Source: Chthonomonas calidirosea (lineage in GTDB: Bacteria; Armatimonadota; Fimbriimonadia; Fimbriimonadales; Fimbriimonadaceae). From it: a DNA stretch of 62,196 bases. A model generated the notes under the pieces. It was not told the origin of the DNA, searched no databases, and saw nothing but the letters and a program-made list of their open reading frames with translations. The stretch lies in the NCBI GenBank assembly GCA_945859975.1, contig CAMAPH010000015.1, forward strand, positions 1-62,196, written 5' to 3'. Of the stretch, positions 48,954 through 59,161 are shown one piece after another. The position numbers and the translations under genes were made by a program. Position 1 is the stretch's first letter. Each line of letters begins with the position of its first letter.

Positions 48954-49004
48954 TACTCGTGACGAAAATTGATCAATGATATTGATCAATTTTCGTCACG
49001 AGTA
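48954..49004. repeat. Perfect palindrome with 24-bp arms and 3-nt loop
   Basis: TACTCGTGACGAAAATTGATCAAT-GAT-ATTGATCAATTTTCGTCACGAGTA; flanked by AGCCTTGCCAA (48937-48947) and TTGGCAAGGCT (49028-49038). Confidence 0.95.
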
Positions 49005-49048
49005 ATCTGTCGGGCTTAACTCGCGATTTGGCAAGGCTTTATTAAATT

Positions 49049-49996
49049 ATGAAAATCCAAAAAACAAGTATTGAGTTCGAACTGCTTTCGATTAATCCTG
49101 ACGAAGAATGGCCAGAGATGGGAACGGTCGAATTTCAACTCCAGGCACGTTCTCAATCTGGCACAATAGTCTTTACCGACGTTGTTACTTGTGACGTAGC
49201 GCATGCACTAGCATTCCTCTTGGGATTCCAGGTTTACGGAACACACGAGTTTTCTATAAGTGGCGGCGAAATAACGCCAAGACTTCGACTTAGTTCTCAT
49301 CTTTCTGCGATTGACTCAGATGTTTACGCGCAAACAAATGTAGGGAACAAGAACGATCAACTTAGAGTTTTGCTATATATTTTGCCGAGAAACAGCGCGA
49401 GTCCGTTGGAGGTGTTTGAACTTGATGGAAGTCAGTTTTTGAAACATTGTAGATCATTGGTCCTGCTCATTGTTAAAGGTGACAGTCCACTACATAACGT
49501 TCCTCAGAACCATGCTCCTATTCATGTAGAAAGTGTTGAAACTTGCACATCGGCTCGTATAAAGGGATTCAGTTTCGCAGCGAAAAACGAGCTAACTATA
49601 CTTGCAGAATTTGTTAAGCAATCAGGCAGCTTAGCACGTGCATGGACATTTCCACTAGAAGTATGGTTCGGACTTAGGTCATCAATCGCTCTATGCCTGA
49701 AGGCGAGAAGCAGCATGTCGTATCAGGTAGTCCTGAACGATCAGATTAGGTATACAATAAACCAAACAGCTACGCTGTTATCGTCAGAAACTGACTTGGT
49801 CATTATTTCTCCTTACTGGAGAGGGTCTGACCATTCTAAGCTAAAAATAAGCATGTACCAATTTGATGAAAGTCAGTTATATCCTGCAGAAATGCTGATA
49901 AATGTCAAGATGTTTATGCAGTTTCTCAGTCAAATTGAAAAGGTGATTGAAAATGTTTCGTTGCTTGATCATTATGTTACGGATGCGTCTGCATGA
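49049..49996 (+). CDS. AT-rich hypothetical protein (candidate RHS immunity/accessory)
   Basis: 315-aa ORF in AT-rich DNA directly downstream of the RHS gene; no recognisable motif. Confidence 0.55.
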   Translation: MKIQKTSIEFELLSINPDEEWPEMGTVEFQLQARSQSGTIVFTDVVTCDVAHALAFLLGFQVYGTHEFSISGGEITPRLRLSSHLSAIDSDVYAQTNVGNKNDQLRVLLYILPRNSASPLEVFELDGSQFLKHCRSLVLLIVKGDSPLHNVPQNHAPIHVESVETCTSARIKGFSFAAKNELTILAEFVKQSGSLARAWTFPLEVWFGLRSSIALCLKARSSMSYQVVLNDQIRYTINQTATLLSSETDLVIISPYWRGSDHSKLKISMYQFDESQLYPAEMLINVKMFMQFLSQIEKVIENVSLLDHYVTDASA

Positions 49997-50370
49997 GTCA
50001 CTTGTAACCACAAACGCCTTTCGCGCAAGTGAGCGATATATGTTCTTCAATAACGATTTCTTCAGATGTTTGACCACGTTACCATCGTCATCCGCCAGTA
50101 GCGGGATTTTCATCGTATTTATGAAACGGGGGAAATTGTTCGTCTATTCGACAAAATTCATTTTTCTTCTTCGTTTGTTAACGCCCCAGAAGTACTGGAT
50201 GCCATCGCTGTGGTTTCGTGCTCTATCCTAGACCTTTGCCCGGTTTGAATTGCCGTTACTGGCCACAACCCGTTTAATGAACGCTAAGTCCTTCGTTTCA
50301 CCATGCAACCCAGTTCCAGTACAATTTTGTCCGGACTAACGGAACGATGCGAGCCGTAAGTGCCTACCCA

Positions 50371-50729
50371 TCACGGCAGCGGCGCTTGCCGCGCCGCGAC
50401 CATGAGCCGGTACCAGTCCTCGCGGCTCAGCTCGATCTCCGTCGCCCGGACCGCCTGCCGAATCTTCTCCGGACGTGTCGACCCCACAATCGGCACGATC
50501 CCCGACGGATGCTTCAGCAGAAACGCCAGCGCAATCTCCGTCCGCGTGACCTCATAAGCCGCCGCCATCGAATCCATCAGTGCCAACAAATGATGCCGCG
50601 GCGACCCCGGCGGGACCGTTCCGCCTTCGCCTAGCCAGCCACCGCCGAGCGGACTCCAAGCCAAAGGCGTCATGCCCAAAGCCAGGCACTGATCCAGCGT
50701 TCCGTCGGTAATGCAATCCAACCGCCCCA
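50371..50729 (-). pseudogene. Orphan 3' fragment of aldo/keto reductase (duplicate of 59162-59520)
   Basis: Colinear 359-bp copy encoding GRLDC..DGTLDQC...AARQAPLP; similarity stops abruptly upstream. Confidence 0.9.
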
Positions 50730-50908
50730 CCAAAAGTTTGATTGACTTTTCTCCGCTTCGCCGAACTATAGATGTGCCCACCGAATTGCTCGAAGCGCAA
50801 AAAATTGCAGTCGACCCCCACGCAGGAAGTGTAAATAATAAATTCCGGAGGCTCCTACCGTGGACCGAAAGGTAGCAATCCAGAACCCCTTTGCTTGATA
50901 ATTCACCC

Positions 50909-52414
50909 ATGCGCCGGGAACCGTGGCCAAACACCAACTGCGAAATCCACATCGATGGAATCCGCCGAGCCCCCGCCCCCGACGGCCTACACCTCAACGA
51001 AATCAGCGGCAACCTAGCCATCACGATCTCCGGCCCCCGTCCGATCTCGACCCTAACTCTGGTCTGGAAAGTCGACAACTCGAACGTGACCCTCGTCCTA
51101 GGCGACGCCTGGGAACGAGGCTATGGCGACCTCCAATGGGCCCCAATCGACCCAGCTCGCACAATGCCTTGGTACGTCGTACTCCGCACTCCAACCGGAT
51201 TCACGGCCTTCGGCGCCAAAACCCGCCCCAACGCACTCGTAAGCTGGAACATCACCCAAACGGAAGTCCAGGTCACCTTCGACCTCCGCTCCGGCCGCCG
51301 CCCACTTGCCCTCGGCGAAAGGGAACTCGCGATCGGCGAGCTTGTGAATCTAGAATCTAAACCCGAAGAATCCGCCTTCGAATTCGTCGGAAGACTCTGC
51401 TCCGCCCTTTGCGAAAATCCCAGAATTCTATCAAGCCCCGTTTACGGCGCCAACGACTGGTACTACGCCTACGGCAACAACTCCCGAGACGGAATCCTCG
51501 CCGACACCCACCGAACCGCCACCTGGGCCGGAACTAACCCAAACCGACCCTACAGCGTCATCGACGCCGGTTGGCAAATTAACGGCGGCTGCGAAGGTGG
51601 CCCTTGGATCGGCAATGAAAGGTTCGGCAACATGGGGCACCTCGCGGATCAAATCCGCGAAGCCGGCTGCCGTCCCGGAATCTGGATTCGCCCCCTCCTA
51701 ACCCGAGAAGACGTCCCAACCCACTGGCTCATGCGTGACCAAACCCTCGACCCTAGCCAACCAGAAGCCCTCCAAAAGGCCGTCGAATGCATCGCCCAAT
51801 GCGCTGCCTGGGGTTATGACCTCATCAAACACGACTTCACAACCTGGGATTGCACGAGACTTTGGGGATTCGAAATGGACGCAACCCGGCATGCCGAAGG
51901 TGGAGATTTCGCCGACGACACTCGAACGTCCGCCGAAATCTACCTCGCCCTTTACGACGCAATCCGAGCCGCGGCGGGCGAATCGGTCCTAATCGGTTGC
52001 AACACCTGGGGCCACCTAACCGCCGGTACCCACGAGATCCAAAGAACGGGCGACGACACCAGCGGAAAAGAATGGGCACGAACCTTGAAAATGGGAGTAA
52101 ACACCCTAGCCTTTCGTGCCGTACAGCACAACCGCTTCTTCGCGGCCGATGCAGATTGCGTCGGACTAACCGATCAGATTCCGTGGCAGCTAAACTCGCA
52201 ATGGCTCCATGCCGTCGCCGCAAGCGGAACCCCGCTCTTTGTCTCGGCCAACGCCAAGGCGCTAACGCCAGAAATCGAAAGCGCCCTCGCCAACGCGTTC
52301 ACCCTCGCCGCCGAACCCATGCCGCTGGCCGAACCGCTCGACTGGATGGACACCTTAACGCCCGCTAATTGGAAACAGGGAAGCGAAGTCCAATCCTACA
52401 ACTGGACCCCTTGA
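50909..52414 (+). CDS. Clan GH-D glycoside hydrolase (GH36/GH27 alpha-galactosidase-like)
   Basis: NDWYYAYG, VIDAGW, PGIWIRP, LIKHDF nucleophile, RTGDD acid/base. Confidence 0.8.
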   Translation: MRREPWPNTNCEIHIDGIRRAPAPDGLHLNEISGNLAITISGPRPISTLTLVWKVDNSNVTLVLGDAWERGYGDLQWAPIDPARTMPWYVVLRTPTGFTAFGAKTRPNALVSWNITQTEVQVTFDLRSGRRPLALGERELAIGELVNLESKPEESAFEFVGRLCSALCENPRILSSPVYGANDWYYAYGNNSRDGILADTHRTATWAGTNPNRPYSVIDAGWQINGGCEGGPWIGNERFGNMGHLADQIREAGCRPGIWIRPLLTREDVPTHWLMRDQTLDPSQPEALQKAVECIAQCAAWGYDLIKHDFTTWDCTRLWGFEMDATRHAEGGDFADDTRTSAEIYLALYDAIRAAAGESVLIGCNTWGHLTAGTHEIQRTGDDTSGKEWARTLKMGVNTLAFRAVQHNRFFAADADCVGLTDQIPWQLNSQWLHAVAASGTPLFVSANAKALTPEIESALANAFTLAAEPMPLAEPLDWMDTLTPANWKQGSEVQSYNWTP

Positions 52415-52426
52415 GAGAGGCGCTGT

Positions 52427-55400
52427 TCAGCGTCCTCGATCTTCTGGCCGCAACCGGATCATCCGCCGAACAAAAGGTCCCAAGACGATTTCATCCCGCG
52501 GATCAGCCAACCGCCGGGTGACAAGGACATCGTCCAGCGTAACGTCTTCGGCATGACGAAGGTAGAAGCCAAACGCCGGGAAATGCTTCACCCCAAACCA
52601 GCCCGCATCGGGATAGCCAGATTCGTTTTCGGGAACTTGTACACGTACCGCATCTGCCGGAGCACCACCGGCTCCATCTAGCCGAATGAGGCGAAGATAG
52701 ATATCGCGCACCGGATGCCCCGGAATCCCCGCGATCATCGAGCCCCGCTGACCGTTTTCTGACCCAACTACATTCTCGATAACAATCCGCTTGATTTCTC
52801 CAACGACTGGCTTCGGAAGTCCGGGCATGGTTCTTCCCCGGCTACCGCGTCGAATAAAGATCGGCGAACCCGTACGGTTTATCGTAAGGTTTTCGCAGAT
52901 AATGTCCTGCACCATTCCGCCATCAACACTTGCCCACGTAATTCCCGTCGTGGCTTCTCCACCCGGATTACCTCCAAGCCGACAATTGCGGACCAATACG
53001 TTCCGAAATGCACCCTGCGTATCGGTCCCAAACTTGATTGCGTTACACCAGGTCGTGAACTCACAATTCTCAACAAGCACATTCTCCGTCGCACGTAATC
53101 CAGCCCCCTTAAAGCACATCGCATCATCGCCAGATCGCACGAGACAGTTCCGAACAATCACGTTGACGCAGCTATCAACGTCAATGCCATCGTTGTTACC
53201 ATTCACGCGGCTGTCCACCGTCACACCATCCAGAATCACGTTCGTGCAGTTCAGGTAGCTCTGCATCCAAGCCGCCGCATCCCGCAAAGTAATGCCTTGC
53301 ACAGCGACGTTGGAACACTCAATCACTCGAATCAAGAAGGGGCGTCCGGTGACTGCTGCTATAGTCGTTGGGCCGGGAAAGTTCTGCTTAGTGCCGCGAC
53401 CGTCAATCACTCCCTCGCCACGAAAGCCAATATTAACGCAACGCTCCGCATAGAACAAGGATTGGCGAAGGTCCATGTTGGAGTCCATCACCGTTTTCGT
53501 CAGCGGCAACCTATCAGGATAATCCGTGATGTTAGTGCTGCCTAAAAGCCTCGCACTCTTGCGTACCTCCAGCATAACGTTGGAGCGAAAGTCAATCGTC
53601 CCGGTAACAAAATCGCCGCCCTGAACAACCACGGTCCCCCCACCGGCCAGCGAACAAGCATCAACCGCCGATTGAATTTGACGGGTGTTGATGGTTTTGC
53701 CATCGCCCTTAGCACCGAACTTAGCAATGTCGAACTCGCGATCTGGCACGTTCCAAGGCCGCAAAGTACGCTGCAGCCGATCAGCCATGCTGTAAACCCG
53801 TGCTCGTGTACTATCAACCCAAGCGGGTCTGCTTGTCGACGATGCCCGAAACGTATCAGATCCGACTTTGCGGATCCGCCGCTCGGCTCCGTCCGGGAAT
53901 CGACAGTTAATCACTTGCGTTCGAGGAGAATCGCTCAAGTGCAAAATCGGCTCACCCCCGCCGTCTCCAACGGTAACTTGCTCCAGCTTCAAATCAGATG
54001 AGTCGCTTGCAACGATCGCACTCCGAAAGTCAGGCTTCTTCAGCGTAAACTCGATGTCCCGAAGGGTGACCCCTTGGGTGTGGCGCAAGAAGAACCCCCA
54101 AGCCGGAAGTTCAGCCCACATCGAAAACTCTGGGTAGCCGCGCTCGTTTTCTGGAATCGCATTCAGCTCTTCAAGCGGAACTCTTGCGTGGAGAGGGTCG
54201 GCGCCACCGCCATAGGAAATCTTGATCCTTTCTAGTTTCACGTCTTCAATGACATGCCCGGGAATTCCGGCAATCGAAGAAGGAATAAGATTGTGAGGTT
54301 TGCCAAGCTCCTTATGGTAATCCTTGGGCAACGCAGGTACCTCTACTTCAAAGTCACGAAGAACGACGCCGCGAATCGAACCCGGTGACCTCTTTTGGTT
54401 TCGATGCCCCAAGCGTACAAAAATCGCATTGCCCGTATTAACTGCTTTCAGCCTCTATACCGTGACGTCCTCAATTTCGGCTCCATCCACGCTTTGAATG
54501 GCCACGGCCGATCGGTAGGTATCCCGAACCTCAACGTTCGAAATGTATATGCGCTTAAACGCAATGTGAGATGCCGTTCCAAACTTGATTGCGCTCGCGC
54601 GCGATGCTAGCTTGATGCGCGAAACGACAATATCCTGACATCCCTTTCCAAAAGGTTCCGACTTCAGGCACAAAGCGTCATCGGCCGAATCGATATCGCA
54701 GTCATACATTTCCACCTTTTGGCAATCCACCAGATCGATTCCATCGTTATTCCAATATTGAGTACTCCGAACTTTCATTCGATGGAATTTCATCTCCGAG
54801 CAATCACGATAGCTCTGAACCCAATTTGCCGAATTCTTGATCGTCACATCGCTCACACGTACGTCATTGCACTTTCGAAACTCGATCACCTGCGGCCGAA
54901 CAGATTCAGAAGGTCTTTCGAAGCCATGGTAAACATGCTTCTCCAATTCTCCCTTCTCCATAAGGTTATGAGGATCAACCTCGGTTGGATTTCCAGTGGA
55001 ACCGATGAAGGAGAGCTTTTGCCCCCGCTTCACTCGCGGATAGAACTCCAAGAATTGCTTGCTGGCTTTGATGCGGTCAAATTCACGGACAAGTGCCGGC
55101 GAGTTCCCGTCGAGCGTTCCGAGACCGGTAATTGCAATGTCCTCCTGCCCGTCGGCCATGATCATGGCGGGCCAATTACCGCGCTCGTAGTCAGAGAGTT
55201 TCGATGAACCCAGTAGCCGAGCATCCTTTTCAAGATGAAGGGTGACGTGCGATTTCAAATGCAAGGTCCCCGTCACAAACGTGCCAGAAGGAAAGCGAAC
55301 GGTTCCTCCGCCGGCTGCATTTGCCTTGTTGATGGCTGCCTGAATCGCCTGCGTTTGAATCTTGGGTGAATCCATTTTAACGCCAAATGAAAGGACGTCA

Positions 55401-55471
55401 AATGTCTGCCGAGTAGGGACGCCAGCGGGAGACTGCGCAAAGAACGCGATCGAGAGGAGGGAAAGAATCAT
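52427..55471 (-). pseudogene. Tandem double GH28 (polygalacturonase-like) gene interrupted by an in-frame TAG at 54455-54457
   Basis: Signal peptide; two NNDGID/DDA.C.K/IKFGT sets; frame continues ...EDVTV*RLKAVNTGNAIFVRLGHRN... Confidence 0.85.
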
Positions 55472-55486
55472 ATAAATCGATCTTCG

Positions 55487-55506
55487 GTATCGAACCGGTT
55501 CGATAC
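55487..55506. promoter_or_regulatory. LacI-type operator-like palindrome 1
   Basis: Perfect 20-bp palindrome GTATCGAACCGGTTCGATAC in the divergent intergenic region. Confidence 0.7.
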
Positions 55507-55568
55507 TTAAGTTACCCGAACCGATATGCGCTGCTGGACACGAGCGCAAGGTCCGTAGTAAGATATCG

Positions 55569-55580
55569 CGAACCGGTTCG
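55569..55580. promoter_or_regulatory. LacI-type operator-like palindrome 2
   Basis: Second copy of core CGAACCGGTTCG upstream of the GH29 start. Confidence 0.65.
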
Positions 55581-55602
55581 ACATCGTTCCGGACGGGTAA
55601 AT

Positions 55603-57018
55603 ATGATCTCCAGCGCGGTCTGTCTGATGTTGCTTGGTTCGTGTTCGACAACGGCTGTGCCAAGACCTGTCCCGTTGTCTCAGCCCGGCCAACGGAAGCG
55701 ATGGGAAACGGCTCGCTACGGACTCTTTGTTCACCATGTCTACGGCGGCACGCTACAAGGAATGACCCCCAAGTCTGGTTCCGGCGGCTTTCCGGCGAAC
55801 ATCGATCAATTCGTTGAAAGCTTTGACGTTGACCGATTCGCAAACGCCGTGAAGGACATGGGCTTCGAATACGTGATTTTCACTGCGTGGCACTTCAACA
55901 TGAATGTGCTGTATCCAAGCCAGCGGATGGCAAAGTGGCGAGATCCCAGCCATGCAACAAGCAAACGGGACCTTCTGGGTGAGATCATCGCCGCACTTAG
56001 AAAACGCGGTATCATGGCGGCGCTCTATTCACACACCTTTGTTGGTCACGAGTTTCGACCCGATGGTTTAAAGCCGTACTACAGCTACGATCGGAAGGAT
56101 GGAGTAGTCACCGACGAAATGCGAAGAACGGGTTACTACCCGGCCGCTTCCGCCCCTTGGGGACCGCAACCGCCACCTCCCGAAACAATGCGATGGAATA
56201 ACTTCATCAATGATATCTATGATGAGATGGCTGCCCGGTACGGGTCCAGCGTGGAGGCGATGTACTTTGATGGCTCCTGGGTTTGGATGGTGGATCGACA
56301 ACGACTCTTCAACACCATCCGTCGACATAACCCCAACGCCGCGCTGATCGCCAACGGTACGGCCGAGCATGGCTACGAGTACTCGTCAAATGAAATCGGA
56401 TCACCCGAAGGCAAAGACTACGGGTTTGGAAAGGACGCAATTGGAGTCACCAACAAAGACGCACGCACGTTGCCGGGCTACCGGCGTCACGTTGCCCTGA
56501 TTGCGGGGGCCAACTGGTGGGCAGCCGCTCCCGGCGGTCCCAAATTTAACGTCGACGATATCATTCGGTACACCATTCTCCAAGCGGCTTCCTCTGCGGC
56601 AGGCGGAATTGGTTGGTCTTTCGGCACCTATGCTGACGGTAGTTTCGAAACGGGGCTGGAAGATCGCTTCCGGGCAGTTTGGCAAAAACTAAAGCCAATT
56701 CAAGCATCGATCCGAAACGTAGTTCAGAGCAGGGCGTATCCGACTCCTGAAAAGACGACGATCAATAGCCTCGGCGTACCGTTCGTTGCCACGGAGGATA
56801 AATCAGGACGGCGAACCTACCTTCACGTTCTAAAGCCAGGTAATAGCCAAACAATTGAACTGCCGACGGCAGGTGCCAGCATAAAGTTTGCGCGAGCATC
56901 CGTGCTGGGTACGCCAGGCAAGGTCAGCCTTGCCCCGAAAGGAAACGGCTGGGAACTCAAATTCAGCGGAAACTGGGACCCGATCGACACCGTGATCGTT
57001 TTGGAGCATGCAAGATGA
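55603..57018 (+). CDS. GH29-like alpha-L-fucosidase
   Basis: Signal/lipoprotein N-terminus; RYGLFVH, YVIFTAWH, RDLLGE, YFDG nucleophile. Confidence 0.75.
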   Translation: MISSAVCLMLLGSCSTTAVPRPVPLSQPGQRKRWETARYGLFVHHVYGGTLQGMTPKSGSGGFPANIDQFVESFDVDRFANAVKDMGFEYVIFTAWHFNMNVLYPSQRMAKWRDPSHATSKRDLLGEIIAALRKRGIMAALYSHTFVGHEFRPDGLKPYYSYDRKDGVVTDEMRRTGYYPAASAPWGPQPPPPETMRWNNFINDIYDEMAARYGSSVEAMYFDGSWVWMVDRQRLFNTIRRHNPNAALIANGTAEHGYEYSSNEIGSPEGKDYGFGKDAIGVTNKDARTLPGYRRHVALIAGANWWAAAPGGPKFNVDDIIRYTILQAASSAAGGIGWSFGTYADGSFETGLEDRFRAVWQKLKPIQASIRNVVQSRAYPTPEKTTINSLGVPFVATEDKSGRRTYLHVLKPGNSQTIELPTAGASIKFARASVLGTPGKVSLAPKGNGWELKFSGNWDPIDTVIVLEHAR

Positions 57019-59159
57019 TTGGACTCACCTCTCCCGCCCTGCTTCAGAGCAACGCTGATATCTCTACTCGCGTCAATGCCGCCAATATGAGCTGGGCAAC
57101 GGCGTCAGACGACTTCTACAATGCCGCCTTCTTGGGCGACGGCGTTCAAGGTGCGACCGCGCTAAAGGACACCCTGAATCCCTCTCACATTCGATTGCTT
57201 TTCGGGCATTACAAGGCGATCACCTATCGTTCGATTCCAAATTGGGAGTATTGCGAGTCCAGAGTTTTTGCTGGCAGCCTGATGGTCAAGCCAAGAGGTA
57301 CGGCGTCCGAACAGCCTACAAGAATGGATCTGAACCGAGGACTGGTCTCCGGAACTATTCAAACGGATCTGGGCGAAGTGAAATGGCGATCCTTTGCCGA
57401 AAGACGTCACCATGTTCTTGTGCTCGTCGCCTCCGGCACTGGGCAAGAGCGCTCACCCGAGGTAGCAGTTCGCCCGGAGTGGGGAATCACCCCACGAATT
57501 TACGCCGATAAAAGGCCAATTGAAGAAGTGGCGCAGTTTCTGCCGTCCAAGCCCAAGGTTGAAAAGGAGGGTGACTTCGAATTCGTGTTGAATCCGATGG
57601 CAACTCGAGGTGCCCATGTGGTCGCCTCATACTCTTCAAAGTTGCCAGATGGCAATCGGAGCATCATCGTTGCCGTTGGGACAAGCTCCGCCTCAGACCC
57701 AGCTGTAGCAATAAAAGAAGCAAAGGCAGACGCCCTCGAGCGAGTTACCGCAGCAAAAGACGAGGGGATCAAAAAGCTGGAGTCCCGGCACTACGCTTGG
57801 TGGAAAGCCTACTGGCAAAAGGGTGGAATTTCGTTGCCAGACGACCCGTACTGGGAGCACTTTTGGTACCAGCAACTGTACAAGTTTGCATCGGCTTCTA
57901 GCGATACCGATTCTCTTGTGATTGATACATGCGGGCCGTGGATTTGGAACTCCGGGTGGGCCGCCGTCTGGTGGAACCTAAACGTGCAACTTTCATACAT
58001 GCCGGCCTACGGCTCAAATCGCCTGGAGGTTGGGAGATCCCTTCTTCGAGGATTCGAACGCATGTCTGCTTCTGGCAATCTGCGGCGTAACGCGGGAGAT
58101 CAGCCTGGAATCATGATTGGTCGGTCAACAACCTACCTAGGTTCCGGGTCATGGGGCGACGAAATTTCGAATCTGACGTGGGCCCTGCACAATGTCTGGC
58201 GAGACTGGGCGAGCTCGCGGGATGAAGGCATTGCAAGACGGCTTTATCCATTGTTAAAGGAAAGCGTTGCTTACATGACTGGGCAATTGAGCTCCGGTCC
58301 AGATGGTCGATTGCATGCTCGGCCCGCGAGGTCTCCCGAATATAACGAAAAGACCCTTACGCCCGATGCCAACTACGTGCTGATGACGGTCGATTGGGGG
58401 CTACAGGCTCTGATCGAGCTAAACCGAGAGCTCCAGTTGAAAGACCCGGACGAGGAAGCTTGGAAATCGACTCTTCAAAAGCTTGCACCGTTCCCGAAAG
58501 ATGAACACGGATTTAGAGTCTCATCGGAGCTAGGCTTCGCGGAGTCCCATCGCCACTATTCGCACTTGTTAGCGATTTACCCGTACCACACGATTCATCC
58601 GGAACAAGGCGCAGAGGCACGTACCCTAATCGAGAAATCGGTGGATCGTTGGCTAGGATTGAAAGGGGGCCACGCCGGATACACATTCTCGGGTGGCGCG
58701 GCAATGCTAGCCACCCTCGGCAAAGGAGATCGAGCCCTAGAAACGCTGGACGAACTCAAACCTCGCCTCACGCCAAACACGATGTACCGGGAGGGAAGCC
58801 CGGTTGTCGAAACGCCACTCTCCGCGGTGGACAGCCTAAACTACTTCTTGCTTCAAAGCTGGGGTGGCACGTTGCGAGTATTTCCGGCGATGCCGGCTCG
58901 CTGGCGTGCCGCGGCATTCCGCGATCTCCGGGCCGAAGGCGCATTCTTGGTTTCGGCAAGCTGGCGGAATGGCCAGGTCGAAAACCTCTCAATCAAAAGC
59001 GAAGTAGGAGGGAAGTGTCGGCTGAGAAACCCTTGGCCAACTCTAGCCGTAGAGGTCCGCTCAGGCAACCGGGCCATTAAGGCCGTCTCCCTTGGTGCTG
59101 ACCTTGTTTTCCCGACGACGAAGGGTTCCACCTACCAAGTACGACCGTTAAGGACCTAA
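57015..59159 (+). CDS. GH95-like (alpha/alpha)6 glycoside hydrolase
   Basis: H..WW..YW, WWNLNVQLSY, SPEY, HRHYSHL, LLQSW, F.DLRAEGAFLVSA. Confidence 0.82.
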   Translation: MIGLTSPALLQSNADISTRVNAANMSWATASDDFYNAAFLGDGVQGATALKDTLNPSHIRLLFGHYKAITYRSIPNWEYCESRVFAGSLMVKPRGTASEQPTRMDLNRGLVSGTIQTDLGEVKWRSFAERRHHVLVLVASGTGQERSPEVAVRPEWGITPRIYADKRPIEEVAQFLPSKPKVEKEGDFEFVLNPMATRGAHVVASYSSKLPDGNRSIIVAVGTSSASDPAVAIKEAKADALERVTAAKDEGIKKLESRHYAWWKAYWQKGGISLPDDPYWEHFWYQQLYKFASASSDTDSLVIDTCGPWIWNSGWAAVWWNLNVQLSYMPAYGSNRLEVGRSLLRGFERMSASGNLRRNAGDQPGIMIGRSTTYLGSGSWGDEISNLTWALHNVWRDWASSRDEGIARRLYPLLKESVAYMTGQLSSGPDGRLHARPARSPEYNEKTLTPDANYVLMTVDWGLQALIELNRELQLKDPDEEAWKSTLQKLAPFPKDEHGFRVSSELGFAESHRHYSHLLAIYPYHTIHPEQGAEARTLIEKSVDRWLGLKGGHAGYTFSGGAAMLATLGKGDRALETLDELKPRLTPNTMYREGSPVVETPLSAVDSLNYFLLQSWGGTLRVFPAMPARWRAAAFRDLRAEGAFLVSASWRNGQVENLSIKSEVGGKCRLRNPWPTLAVEVRSGNRAIKAVSLGADLVFPTTKGSTYQVRPLRT

Positions 59160-59161
59160 CC

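Noticed and set aside
48937..49996. Complete retron
   Set aside because: The downstream ORF has no YxDD or other RT motifs and the putative msr segment is only ~23 nt; kept only as a structural analogy
49947..50340. Further genes in the AT-rich stretch after the orphan ORF
   Set aside because: Only short or stop-interrupted frames with no motifs; possibly a decayed gene but not supportable
50371..51078. 235-aa ORF as a real gene
   Set aside because: Only the last ~119 codons match aldo/keto reductase; the rest is intergenic DNA and antisense of the GH gene
54455..54457. Genome-wide amber recoding or pyrrolysine
   Set aside because: TAG serves as a normal stop in conserved genes here (e.g. 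trpB, mrp) and no pyl genes are visible
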